64,000 nucleotides of DNA, from positions 82,885-146,884 of the forward strand of contig CALKWQ010000023.1 of the NCBI GenBank assembly GCA_938003925.1. Direction: 5' to 3'. Position numbers and translations under genes: made by a program. This stretch comes from an uncultured bacterium (GTDB lineage: Bacteria > Patescibacteriota > Patescibacteriia > Patescibacteriales > UBA12465). Shown here one piece after another: positions 43,614 through 52,972 of the stretch (positions are counted from its first letter, which is position 1; each line of letters starts with the position of its first letter). The notes under the pieces are model-generated. The model was not told where the DNA came from and made no database searches. It worked only from the letters and a program-made list of their open reading frames with translations.

Positions 43614-44456
43614 ATGAACAAGAACCATATCATTGACGGTCGCCAAATAGCTGAGCTTATTAAAGACGAAATTACTCTTAATATTTTTAAAGACCTCCCT
43701 CGTCGCCCTAGTTTGGCTATTATTCTTGTGGGCCAGCGTCCAGATTCGGAAATTTACGTAGCTCTTAAAGAGCGTGAGGCCAAAAAGGTTGGCATCGACA
43801 CCCATCTTTATCGTCTAGAAGAAAACAGTTCAGAGGATGACTTATTGGGAGTGATTAATTTTCTAAATAATGATCCAGAGGTGGACGCTATTTTATTACA
43901 ATTACCTTTGCCAGACAAGTTCAATGCTGACAAGATGATTGCGGCTATTAATCCCAGTAAAGATGCAGATGGTTTTCATCCAGAACATCCAGACTACATC
44001 CTGTCTCCAGTGATTGCGGCTGTTGATTTCATTATTCATGATTATAAGGTTGCTGGTCGGGCCTGTGTTTTCTATCGTTCAGAGGTGTTTGGTCAGTCTC
44101 TTAGAAAACACTTAGAAAATCACGGTTTATTAGTTGATCTCTTGCCAGTAGCTGAAACAGAAGACCCTTGTCATAATCGGAATCTACAGCAAAGCTTTAG
44201 CGAGATTAGCCGCCAAGCCGATATAGTGATTACTGCTTTAGGATTGCCTGAGTTTTTAAATCAAACATATTTAAAAAACGGCGCAGTCGTTGTAGATGTT
44301 GGCATTACTAAAGTTGGCGACAAGGTGGTGGGCGACGTAGATTTTGCTGGTGTCTTACCAGTGGCTGCCGCTATTACTCCTGTTCCGGGCGGTATTGGCC
44401 CAATGACAATTGCTTTTTTGTTTAAGAATGTGTGGGAAATTTATCGACGACGCTAA
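43614..44456 (+). CDS. folD: bifunctional methylene-THF dehydrogenase/methenyl-THF cyclohydrolase
   Basis: LAIILVG..PDSEIYV, LLQLPLP and PVPGGIGPMT motifs. Confidence 0.9.
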   Translation: MNKNHIIDGRQIAELIKDEITLNIFKDLPRRPSLAIILVGQRPDSEIYVALKEREAKKVGIDTHLYRLEENSSEDDLLGVINFLNNDPEVDAILLQLPLPDKFNADKMIAAINPSKDADGFHPEHPDYILSPVIAAVDFIIHDYKVAGRACVFYRSEVFGQSLRKHLENHGLLVDLLPVAETEDPCHNRNLQQSFSEISRQADIVITALGLPEFLNQTYLKNGAVVVDVGITKVGDKVVGDVDFAGVLPVAAAITPVPGGIGPMTIAFLFKNVWEIYRRR

Positions 44457-44522
44457 CATAAAGCATCATTAATTATAATCAGTTTATAGCCATGCCCGCA
44501 TGGCTTTACTGGTCTTTAGGAG

Positions 44523-46280
44523 ATGGATAACAGAAAACAACAACTGATTGAATTGCTCAAAATTCATTTTGCTTATAACTCTTTTCGTCCCGGTCAAGAG
44601 AAAGCGATTGATGCTATTTTGGCCGGCAAAGACACGGTAGTGGTTTTGCCAACCGGTGGTGGCAAATCTTTGATTTTCCAGTTGCCATCTTTAGTTCTGG
44701 AAGGCGTGACTTTGGTTGTTTCTCCGCTTATCGCTCTAATGAAAGATCAGGTTGATTCTCTAGAAAGGGTGGGTATCCCTGCCACATTTATTAACTCTTC
44801 TGTATCTTTGAGCGAGACGGCACAGCGTTTGGCTAAATTAAAGGCAGGTGCCTATCGTCTCGTTTATATTGCTCCAGAAAGGTTTTACAATACTGCTTTT
44901 GTGGCGGAGTTAAAAAATTTAAAGATTGCTTTGTTTGCTATTGATGAGGCTCATTGTATTAGTCAGTGGGGCCACGATTTTCGTCCCAGTTACTTACGCT
45001 TAAAAGACGCTGTTAAATTATGCGGCCGACCTCCAGTGGTCGCACTGACCGCTACGGCTACTCCTGAGGTGAGGACTGATATTGCCCGACAACTAGGCTT
45101 ATCTGATTACGAGTTGATAATTAGCGGTTTTGCTCGTCCTAATTTACAGTTAGCGGCCGTCATGGCTAACAATGGAAGAAAGTTAGAGTATATTCTAGAC
45201 GCTGTACGTAGCCAAGATGGCGGCTCTGGTATTATTTACGTGGGCACACGTTCTAAGGCCGATGAGATTGTAGAGTTTTTATCTGACTATGATGTTGCTG
45301 CTGTTGCATATCATGCTGGCATGGATAGTGATAGTCGTGCCTGGGTTCAAGATCAATTTATGCAAGGCAAAGCTCAGGTGGTAGTAGCTACTAATGCTTT
45401 TGGTTTAGGGATTAACAAAAAAGATATTCGCTTTGTAATCCATCATGACTTGCCTGGGACCTTAGAAGCTTATTATCAAGAGGCCGGCAGGGCTGGTCGG
45501 GATGGTTTAACTAGTTTTTGTCTATTATTTTATTCCCCTTCCGATCGTTATTTACAGGAATTTTTTATTCAAGGAGATAATCCTAGCCCCAATTTAGTTA
45601 AAGACGTCTTTCGTTTTTTATTAGCCGCTCAAGATAATAATCCAGAGGGGGAAACTTCGGTTCTAATCACCTATACGGAACTAGCTAAACATTTATCAGA
45701 GCCAGCTCCCGATATGGCTATTGGCACCGCAATTAAAATTCTAGAAAAAGAAGGTTATGTTTCTCGTCCCAATGAACGCACCACTAATACTTTCATCAAA
45801 CTTAAAGCTTCTTGGGAAGAAACTCTAAAGGCTATTAGTCCGCGAGCCAAGGTACAACTAGTCGTGGCAGAAAAGTTGCAACTACGCTTTGGTCATGAAA
45901 TAGAGTCTGGTTGGCAATTTATAGCAGAAGATATCGCCATTATTTTACAACTAAAAAAGGAAGTGCTTAATCGAGTAATCAAAAAAATGGCAGAACAAGA
46001 ACTGATTGAATACCGTCCGCCCTTTAAAGGTACGGAGATTAGAATTTTAAAGTTTAGCGATCCTGATGATTTAGCTTTAGATTTTAGAGCCTTAGAGTTA
46101 AAGGCCGAACGAGCTTATGGCAAGCTAGACGAAATGGAGGCTTATGTTTATTCTCATGATTGTCGCCAGCAGTATATTTTAAAATATTTTGGCGAAACCG
46201 ACGCCAAACCTTGTGGTCGCTGTGACAATTGTTTAAAAGTTAATAAATTGCCATCACATAATTATCTGGGCGAATATTGA
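44523..46280 (+). CDS. recQ: ATP-dependent DNA helicase RecQ
   Basis: FRPGQ, PTGGGKS, DEAHCISQWGHDFRP, and the Zn-binding C-terminal CRQ...CGRCDNC. Confidence 0.92.
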   Translation: MDNRKQQLIELLKIHFAYNSFRPGQEKAIDAILAGKDTVVVLPTGGGKSLIFQLPSLVLEGVTLVVSPLIALMKDQVDSLERVGIPATFINSSVSLSETAQRLAKLKAGAYRLVYIAPERFYNTAFVAELKNLKIALFAIDEAHCISQWGHDFRPSYLRLKDAVKLCGRPPVVALTATATPEVRTDIARQLGLSDYELIISGFARPNLQLAAVMANNGRKLEYILDAVRSQDGGSGIIYVGTRSKADEIVEFLSDYDVAAVAYHAGMDSDSRAWVQDQFMQGKAQVVVATNAFGLGINKKDIRFVIHHDLPGTLEAYYQEAGRAGRDGLTSFCLLFYSPSDRYLQEFFIQGDNPSPNLVKDVFRFLLAAQDNNPEGETSVLITYTELAKHLSEPAPDMAIGTAIKILEKEGYVSRPNERTTNTFIKLKASWEETLKAISPRAKVQLVVAEKLQLRFGHEIESGWQFIAEDIAIILQLKKEVLNRVIKKMAEQELIEYRPPFKGTEIRILKFSDPDDLALDFRALELKAERAYGKLDEMEAYVYSHDCRQQYILKYFGETDAKPCGRCDNCLKVNKLPSHNYLGEY

Positions 46281-46284
46281 TTAT

Positions 46285-46980
46285 ATGAAACCCCGGCGTT
46301 TAAAAGAATTAAAACAATTAGTCGCTTCCTCTTATGAGGTAACCGCTAAACATTTTGATGCTACTCGCTCTAAAACGGCGGCGGTTGATTTTTTGTGGGC
46401 CGCCAATCAGATTGGTCCTGATGACGAAGTGCTTGACGCCGGTTGCGGCAATGGGCGTCTACTGAACTATAATAATATTGAGCCGGAGAAGTATTTAGGT
46501 CTAGATCAGAGCTCCGTTCTGGTCGATTTAGCCGCTAAGCGTTATCCGCAACACCACTTTATCCACCAGTCATTAGATGATTTGTCTAAATTGCCGGCAG
46601 ACAGCTTTTCCGTTATTTTTTGTTCGGCAGTGATTATGCATTTACCCGGCAAAAGAGAGCGACGCCGAGTGCTGCAAGAATTTCTTCGTTTAAGCCATCA
46701 CAGGGGCAGGTTGATTATTAGTTTTTGGAAAATGGAAAACCGATATCGCCGCGAGTTGTGGCTAACTAGATGGCGCAAACTATCCGGTCGTCATCCTTAC
46801 GGTTGGCGAGATTTAATTTTTCCCTGGCGCGATGCTCAGGGTAATGAGTTGTGTCCTCGTTATTATCATGTTTTTACTAAACGCAGCTTTAAAAGAGAGT
46901 TAAATAGAGCCGGCTGGAAGATTGAAGCGACTAGAGATGATCGCTTTAATTATTGGGCTATAGCGCGTAAAGGACAGTGA
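46285..46980 (+). CDS. class I SAM-dependent methyltransferase
   Basis: VLDAGCGNGRLL motif I. Confidence 0.65.
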   Translation: MKPRRLKELKQLVASSYEVTAKHFDATRSKTAAVDFLWAANQIGPDDEVLDAGCGNGRLLNYNNIEPEKYLGLDQSSVLVDLAAKRYPQHHFIHQSLDDLSKLPADSFSVIFCSAVIMHLPGKRERRRVLQEFLRLSHHRGRLIISFWKMENRYRRELWLTRWRKLSGRHPYGWRDLIFPWRDAQGNELCPRYYHVFTKRSFKRELNRAGWKIEATRDDRFNYWAIARKGQ

Positions 46981-47033
46981 TGCTGATTAAAAAAGGAATA
47001 AAAATACCAAATTGGTTGCGATAGGCTCAACTC

Positions 47034-47063
47034 TTGACACCCCCTGGGGGTGTATGCTAAGAT
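47034..47063 (+). promoter_or_regulatory. promoter (TTGACA-18-TAAGAT) with an embedded 17-bp G/C-tract palindrome, putative CsoR-type operator
   Basis: ACACCCCCTGGGGGTGT at 47037-47053 fills the -35/-10 spacer. Confidence 0.55.
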
Positions 47064-47070
47064 GCTTAAT

Positions 47071-47316
47071 ATGAAAACCTCAGAGCAAAGAATTAATATT
47101 ATCATCGGTCAATTAGAGGGTATTAAAAGAATGTTGGCACAAGCACCTGATGATTGTTTTGGCCTTTTAACTCAAATGAAGGCGGTAAAATCAGCTTTAT
47201 CCTCTTTGACTGAACAAGTATTATCTTCAGAGCTTGACCGTTGTTTGAGCGACCATTTGTCAACTGAGCGTCGCCGGAAGATGGAGGTTTTATTTAAAGA
47301 AGTGCTTAAAAAATAA
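47071..47316 (+). CDS. CsoR/RcnR/FrmR-family metal- or persulfide-sensing repressor
   Basis: RINIIIGQLEGIKRML....DCFGLLTQMKAVKSAL matches the family helix pattern. The track GTG at 47050 lies inside the operator, so I use the ATG at 47071. Confidence 0.7.
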   Translation: MKTSEQRINIIIGQLEGIKRMLAQAPDDCFGLLTQMKAVKSALSSLTEQVLSSELDRCLSDHLSTERRRKMEVLFKEVLKK

Positions 47317-47335
47317 TAATTAACTAAATAAATTT

Positions 47336-47665
47336 ATGAGCAAAGCAATGGATTTAGTAAAAAGTAATTTTGAAGCCGAAGTCTTAAAAAGCGAAATTCC
47401 AGTTTTAGTAGATTTTTGGGCTCCTTGGTGTATGCCTTGTCGTATGATGGCCCCTATTTTGGATGAATTAGCTGGCGCCTTGGAAGGCAAAATCAAAATT
47501 GCTAAAGTTGATACCGAAAACCCTGAAAATCAAAGCTTGGCGATGGAATATCAAATCCAGAGCATCCCTAACATGAAGCTATTCAAGGGCGGTCAAGTGG
47601 TAGACGAATTTATTGGTATGCGCAGCCAAGAAGCTTTGCGCCAAGACTTAGAAAAATATCTATAA
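47336..47665 (+). CDS. trxA: thioredoxin (active site WCMPC)
   Basis: VLVDFWAPWCMPCRMMAP and SIPNMKLFKGG. Confidence 0.88.
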   Translation: MSKAMDLVKSNFEAEVLKSEIPVLVDFWAPWCMPCRMMAPILDELAGALEGKIKIAKVDTENPENQSLAMEYQIQSIPNMKLFKGGQVVDEFIGMRSQEALRQDLEKYL

Positions 47666-47729
47666 TTTCTAGCAGTTAGCGGCCGTTTTAAATAAGCGGC
47701 CGCTTTGTTTAGTCTTAACTTTTAAATAT

Positions 47730-48959
47730 ATGAGTATCGTTCAAGATAATTTAGAACGCTTGCGTGATGTCGCTAATTTAGATGGTATTAGCGCAGCTGA
47801 TTTAGAGTTAATTAGTCAGCCGGCACGTGTTCGTCAGGCTGACTTAGAGGTGCAGGGCAAGACTTACCCTGCCTGGCGCATTCTGTATAGTCAAGATCTT
47901 GGTCCTGGTAAGGGTGGAATTCGTTTTCATCCTGAAGTTAATGAAGATGAAGTTCAATCCTTGGCTTTTTGGATGGCTCTTAAAAATTCTTTGGCCGACA
48001 TTCCTTACGGTGGGGCTAAGGGCGGTGTACGCTTTGATCCTAAAGCGGCTAGCCCTTCCGAATTAGAGGCGGTAAGTCGGGCTTATGCTCAAGTTTTTCA
48101 TGACGTTTTAGGTCAAGATAAAGACATACCCGCTCCAGATGTCTACACCAATGGACAAACGATGGCCTGGATTTTAGATGAGTATGAAAAAATTGTCGGA
48201 CACCATGAGCCTGGTATGATTACTGGCAAGCCAGTAGAACTAGGTGGTATAAAATTACGTTCTGACGCTACCGCTCAAGGCGCTTATTTTATTGCCCAGG
48301 AAACCTTTAAGCAATTTTTGCCAGAACGAGAAGCGCATACTGTTAAAGTGGCTGTACAGGGTTTTGGCAACGCTGGTCTATTTATGGCAGAGAAATTAGC
48401 TGCCGATAATTATCAGATTGTTGCTGTATCTGATAGCAAGGGCGGTGTCTACGATTCTAATGGTTTGGATATTCCGGCCCTGTCTGCTTTTAAGGAGGCT
48501 GGTAACAACGTGAGTAATTATAGCAGTGGACAGGCTATTAGCAATGAACAATTATTAGAGTTAGATGTGGATGTTTTAATTTTGGCTGCTTTAGAAAATC
48601 AGATTACTGCAAATAATGCCAACCAGATTAAAGCCCAGTATATTTTGGAGCTAGCTAATGGACCCATTAATTTAGCAGCCGATCGGATTTTAGATGCGGC
48701 TGGTAAAATTATCGTGCCTGATATTTTAACTAATTCCGGCGGTGTAATTGTCAGTTATTTTGAGTGGGCGCAAAATCGTACCGGACAGATTTTAGACGAT
48801 GATTACCTCAAGGGTTTGTTGGAAAAAAAGATGCGGAGTAATTGGCAGCGGGTCTTTAATCTCTATCGGGAAAAAAATAATATCAGTTTGCGTCAGTCGG
48901 CCTACATCTTGGCTGTGCGTCGTATTTTAGCGGCCAAGCATTGGCGGGGACAAAAATAA
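47730..48959 (+). CDS. gdhA: Glu/Leu/Phe/Val-family dehydrogenase, most likely glutamate dehydrogenase
   Basis: GPGKGGIRFHP, catalytic PYGGAKGG, and Rossmann VAVQGFGNAG. Confidence 0.85.
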   Translation: MSIVQDNLERLRDVANLDGISAADLELISQPARVRQADLEVQGKTYPAWRILYSQDLGPGKGGIRFHPEVNEDEVQSLAFWMALKNSLADIPYGGAKGGVRFDPKAASPSELEAVSRAYAQVFHDVLGQDKDIPAPDVYTNGQTMAWILDEYEKIVGHHEPGMITGKPVELGGIKLRSDATAQGAYFIAQETFKQFLPEREAHTVKVAVQGFGNAGLFMAEKLAADNYQIVAVSDSKGGVYDSNGLDIPALSAFKEAGNNVSNYSSGQAISNEQLLELDVDVLILAALENQITANNANQIKAQYILELANGPINLAADRILDAAGKIIVPDILTNSGGVIVSYFEWAQNRTGQILDDDYLKGLLEKKMRSNWQRVFNLYREKNNISLRQSAYILAVRRILAAKHWRGQK

Positions 48960-48970
48960 TCTAGTCTAAC

Positions 48971-49000
48971 AAAAAACGCCCTGTCAAAGGGCGTTTTTTT
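48971..49000. terminator. bidirectional terminator
   Basis: AAAAAACGCCCT-GTCAA-AGGGCGTTTTTTT. Confidence 0.8.
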
Positions 49001-49013
49001 ATGATTCCGGTAT

Positions 49014-50030
49014 TTAGTTGCAAGCAGCGGCTGAATTAGCGGCAGTCGCATTGAAGTTGAAGCCAAATCCAGGTGTTGGGGATTGGTTGTTGAGTTGCTG
49101 GCTGCAAGTCTCGGGTGTTTCATTAAAAGCAGCACAGATGGTAGCTAAAAGTGAAGCCGAGTCACGCCCGCTAGAAACTTCTTTGCCGTTAATGATTAAG
49201 GTTGGTGATCCGCCGACACCGTATTTAGTGTTATCAGCCTTATTAACGTTAAATCCGGGAAAACTTCCTCTCCAATCAGTCTTACTGGCATAGTTTTCGC
49301 TGACTTTAAATTCCTTATCAGTTTTACTTACACAGTTATTAATTTTACCCTTGTCTGCTACTTGACTCAAACATTCTGCACCCTTGCCTTCGGCCAAGAA
49401 ACACTGCAGATAAGCGGTTAATTTTTCTGGCTGTTCTTTTTGAATGCAGTACTGCACCAAATTTTCATCTAACTCTTGTTTCTCGTGCATGGCGTAGTCG
49501 TTAAATTTCAGAGAAAAATCAATTTTATTACCCAAGGTTTCTAGCACAGGTAATAACCCTTTTTCCATCTGGGTACCATAAGGGCAGTAGCTCATTACAA
49601 ATAATTCTACTACGGGTTTGTCGTTTTTAGGGATGTCGGCCGGCACTACAGGAGCATTAGCTTGCCCGCCGGTAGCTGCCGCCTGTTCTTGAGCAGTTTG
49701 TTCCATGTCAATAGCTTGAGGAAAGAAGAGCTTGCCATCTTTGCTGACATAGGACTCTACTGGACTTTCGGTGCCAATATCTATTTTCATCTTGTAAAGG
49801 TCATATTCTTCCGAAGTTTCGGTGATGCTGGCCTTACTGCCGCTAGGCATTAAAAAATTATTAATGAAATCTTCTGATTTAGCCTTGGCTTCATCAACAC
49901 TGATTTCCTTATAATTATTTTTGCTTGGAATAAACAAGATTACCAGCGCAATTGCTATCACCACTAAAATGGCGGCAGCGATGCCCATGGCTTTCTTATT
50001 TTTAAAAAACCGCTTACACATTTTATTCAT
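49014..50030 (-). CDS. membrane-anchored thioredoxin-fold (DsbA-like) protein with a CPYG motif
   Basis: N-terminal TM helix, FVMSYCPYGTQ, and the cis-Pro loop VGGSPTLIING. Confidence 0.5.
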   Translation of the reverse strand: MNKMCKRFFKNKKAMGIAAAILVVIAIALVILFIPSKNNYKEISVDEAKAKSEDFINNFLMPSGSKASITETSEEYDLYKMKIDIGTESPVESYVSKDGKLFFPQAIDMEQTAQEQAAATGGQANAPVVPADIPKNDKPVVELFVMSYCPYGTQMEKGLLPVLETLGNKIDFSLKFNDYAMHEKQELDENLVQYCIQKEQPEKLTAYLQCFLAEGKGAECLSQVADKGKINNCVSKTDKEFKVSENYASKTDWRGSFPGFNVNKADNTKYGVGGSPTLIINGKEVSSGRDSASLLATICAAFNETPETCSQQLNNQSPTPGFGFNFNATAANSAAACN

Positions 50031-50094
50031 ATTATTATTTAGTTATTTTTTCTATATTGAATAATTATAGAAAATTATGACTTTAAAGTCAAAG

Positions 50095-50871
50095 TTATTT
50101 TAGTTGTTTTAAGACAGTTTCTAGTTCTAATGGCAGTCCAATGCTAAATTCCTTCTTTTCCCCGGCTAGATTGTGAAAACTAAGATGTTGGGCGACCAAA
50201 AAGATACGTCCTAGGGCAGTTTTTTTGTTTTTCACTTTAGTCTTGGGCGTACCATATAAATCATCTCCAAGTAAGGGGTGTCCATAGGCAGCCAGGTGAA
50301 CCCGAATTTGATGGGTGCGTCCAGTTTTAATCCTAACTTTTAATAGGCTTAAGTGAGGCCATTTTTTAACCACCACAAATTTTGTCAGAGCCTCCCTAGA
50401 TTTATTTCGTGCTTTTAGATTGCCTAAGTCTCGGTTAGAGGGCTTGTTTTTCTCGGTTCCAGCACTAACAGGCAAGGCTGCCATTTTGTGTCCAGACTTA
50501 GCGCGCACAATTGGAAACACAATTTCTCCCTCTTCTTTTTTGATAGCACCGTGAACTAGGGCGGAGTATTCTTTTTTGATGGTGCGATTTTTAAATTGCT
50601 TTTTTAAATTTTGGAAGGATTCATTATTTTTGGCAATTACCATCAACCCGCTAGCCTCTTTATCTAAGCGATGGACGATGCCGGGTCTTTTTTCTTCCTC
50701 GCCAACGCCGGCTAATTGAGGATAGGCAGTTAAGAGATAGTCAGCTAAAGTTGTTTCATTGGTACTTTCAGCTTCGTGAACTATTAATCCGGCCGGTTTA
50801 TTAATAACCAAGACCTCCTCATCTTCAAAAATAATTTCAATATTGCCATGTGGTGTTTTAATGTTGGTCAT
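50095..50871 (-). CDS. RluA-family pseudouridine synthase (no S4 domain)
   Basis: HRLDKEASGLMV and GRTHQIRVHLA. Confidence 0.85.
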   Translation of the reverse strand: MTNIKTPHGNIEIIFEDEEVLVINKPAGLIVHEAESTNETTLADYLLTAYPQLAGVGEEEKRPGIVHRLDKEASGLMVIAKNNESFQNLKKQFKNRTIKKEYSALVHGAIKKEEGEIVFPIVRAKSGHKMAALPVSAGTEKNKPSNRDLGNLKARNKSREALTKFVVVKKWPHLSLLKVRIKTGRTHQIRVHLAAYGHPLLGDDLYGTPKTKVKNKKTALGRIFLVAQHLSFHNLAGEKKEFSIGLPLELETVLKQLK

Positions 50872-50873
50872 AG

Positions 50874-52310
50874 TTATTTTTTATTAAGCATTAAGTTAAT
50901 GTCTTCCTTGGTAAATACACGTAGTATCCAGAGGCAGAAGCTGTAAAAAAACGCCGCGAGCATAATGCTAGCTAAGAGGCCGATGGTGGAGGCTGTAAAC
51001 TGCTTGGGCCACAACCACAGACCAACACCCATAATTCCTGAGGCTATCAAAGCTTTAATTAAACCGCTCCAGTTTAAGCGAAAAGGTAGATGGCGATAAA
51101 TAAAAACAGTAGAGAGTACAGCAATAGCTAGTTCGCTATAAATAGTAACAGCAGCAGCTCCAAAATAAGAAAAACGTGGTATCAGTAGTAGATAAGCGGC
51201 CAAAGAGCTGAGTCCGGTAAAGACATACATCCAGATAACCTTTTTTTGTGCTTTAATGGCAATTACTGCGTGTGCCATCATATTGCCTAAGAAGATGGCT
51301 GCTACCGCTATTATTAATACGCGTAAAATAAGACCGGCTTCCAAAAAATCGGGACCTGCTACCAGCACGATAATTTCGTCTGCTAAAAATTGCGTACCTA
51401 TTACTAATGGAATGGCTGCTATAGCTAGGGCGTCAAATGATTTTTGTAGAATGCGGTTAAATTTTATTTGGTCGTGATTTTGCCAAGCACTAACTAGTAG
51501 GGGCAAAATAATACCAGCAAACATAAACGGCAAAGAACTTAGCACGTCAACAATCTTATAAGCAGCGCCATATAAGCCAACTTCGGATGAACTTTTTAGT
51601 AGGGATAAAATCAAGGTGTCGGCTCGCAGATAAATTAGATTGAAGGCGATAGTTATAGCTAGTGGCCAGGAGAGTTTAATAATTTGTTGCCATTGTTGCC
51701 AATTAAATAATGGTACAATGCGTGCAAAACGGCGCGCAAACCAAAAATGCAGACCAAAACTAGTCAGACTAGCCATGGAAGTGGTTATGAGCATGCCGTT
51801 TATGCCCCATTTCTGCTGGATGGACAACACTACGCCAGCAATTAGCACCAAGCGACTCAAAGTTTCCGCCCAGGCGGATTTATCCATACGCAGTCGATTC
51901 TGGAACAAGCCGGTCATTATCTGATTTAAAGCGGTAAAAATAAAAGAAGCTGAGGCTAGCATCACGCCAAGTTTAATGCCGGAACTATAATTGAAAAACA
52001 GCACTGTGAGTGGGGCTAGGCCGATAAAGATTAGAGCAGAAACTAGACGTAGACCAAATAGATTGCCTAAAATTTCTGGTTCTTTTTCTGGTTCGCTATT
52101 GATCATTTGCACCGTTACTAAAGTGAGTCCCAGGTCGGCTATAATTGCAAAAAAAGACAAGAAAGTAATGACGGTGGTATACTCCCCAAAGCCGGCTTGT
52201 CCTAATTCGCGCGTCATTAGCGCAAAAGCAGTCAAATTTAAAGCGGTTGCCGCCACTTTGCCGATTACCTGCACTAAGGTGTTATGAAAAATTTTACGCT
52301 GCAAACTCAT
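50874..52310 (-). CDS. MOP-superfamily oligosaccharide/lipid II flippase (Wzx/MurJ-like)
   Basis: 478 aa with about 14 TM helices and a typical N-terminus (NTLVQVIGKVAATALNL). Confidence 0.6.
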   Translation of the reverse strand: MSLQRKIFHNTLVQVIGKVAATALNLTAFALMTRELGQAGFGEYTTVITFLSFFAIIADLGLTLVTVQMINSEPEKEPEILGNLFGLRLVSALIFIGLAPLTVLFFNYSSGIKLGVMLASASFIFTALNQIMTGLFQNRLRMDKSAWAETLSRLVLIAGVVLSIQQKWGINGMLITTSMASLTSFGLHFWFARRFARIVPLFNWQQWQQIIKLSWPLAITIAFNLIYLRADTLILSLLKSSSEVGLYGAAYKIVDVLSSLPFMFAGIILPLLVSAWQNHDQIKFNRILQKSFDALAIAAIPLVIGTQFLADEIIVLVAGPDFLEAGLILRVLIIAVAAIFLGNMMAHAVIAIKAQKKVIWMYVFTGLSSLAAYLLLIPRFSYFGAAAVTIYSELAIAVLSTVFIYRHLPFRLNWSGLIKALIASGIMGVGLWLWPKQFTASTIGLLASIMLAAFFYSFCLWILRVFTKEDINLMLNKK

Positions 52311-52369
52311 AATTTTCTTGTTTTTTCGGGAAAGATTTTATATAATGATTATATCATAACATAAACTAT

Positions 52370-52810
52370 ATGCGCATTGCTACGAAAAAATCTTGGTTAC
52401 TGATTGCTGGTTTAACGTTAAGTTTATTACAGCTCAGTTTTGTCTTAGTAACGACACCGGTAGGAGCCCAAGAGAATCATTTGCTGCAAAGCCAGGAAGG
52501 CTTTCAAAATAACGAAATCCAATCCGCTTTTACCAATGAGGAGCCAGAAGATATAAGAGTGACAGTTGTACGAATCATTAATATAGTGTTGTCTGTTGTT
52601 GGGGTGGTGTTTTTAATCTTAATTGTTCTGGCAGGCTTTAAATATATGACCGCCGCTGGCAACGAAGACCAGGTAAGTACGGCTGTTAAGCAGATTACCC
52701 AAGCAGTTATTGGTTTTGTGATTATCGCTTCCGCTTGGGGCGTCAGTTATTTTATCTTGCTCCGTATCAGCGCAGCTGCTAGTGGTGCCACTAATTATTT
52801 GTATTTCTAA
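52370..52810 (+). CDS. VirB2/TrbC-like small pilin, dispersed paralog
   Basis: FKYMTAAGNEDQVSTAVKQITQAVIGFVIIASAW. Confidence 0.65.
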   Translation: MRIATKKSWLLIAGLTLSLLQLSFVLVTTPVGAQENHLLQSQEGFQNNEIQSAFTNEEPEDIRVTVVRIINIVLSVVGVVFLILIVLAGFKYMTAAGNEDQVSTAVKQITQAVIGFVIIASAWGVSYFILLRISAAASGATNYLYF

Positions 52811-52816
52811 GCTATT

Positions 52817-52845
52817 TTGACAAAATATTCAAGTTTTGTTATAGT
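52817..52845 (+). promoter_or_regulatory. near-consensus promoter (TTGACA-17-TATAGT) upstream of nusA
   Basis: Read directly. Confidence 0.45.
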
Positions 52846-52853
52846 ATTTAAGT

Positions 52854-52885
52854 AAAGCTAATTGTGATAAACAATTAGCTTTTTC
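52854..52885 (+). terminator. intrinsic terminator (pilin gene terminator and/or nusA leader attenuator)
   Basis: AGCTAATTG-TGATAAA-CAATTAGCT followed by TTTT. Confidence 0.65.
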
Positions 52886-52972
52886 TCTATCCGTGTCGCC
52901 GTTTTGGTGTGCGCGGTCGTAAATAAATTTTTTGCTTAAGCTTTTAAGGCTATAAAAGCAGTTGTTAACATT

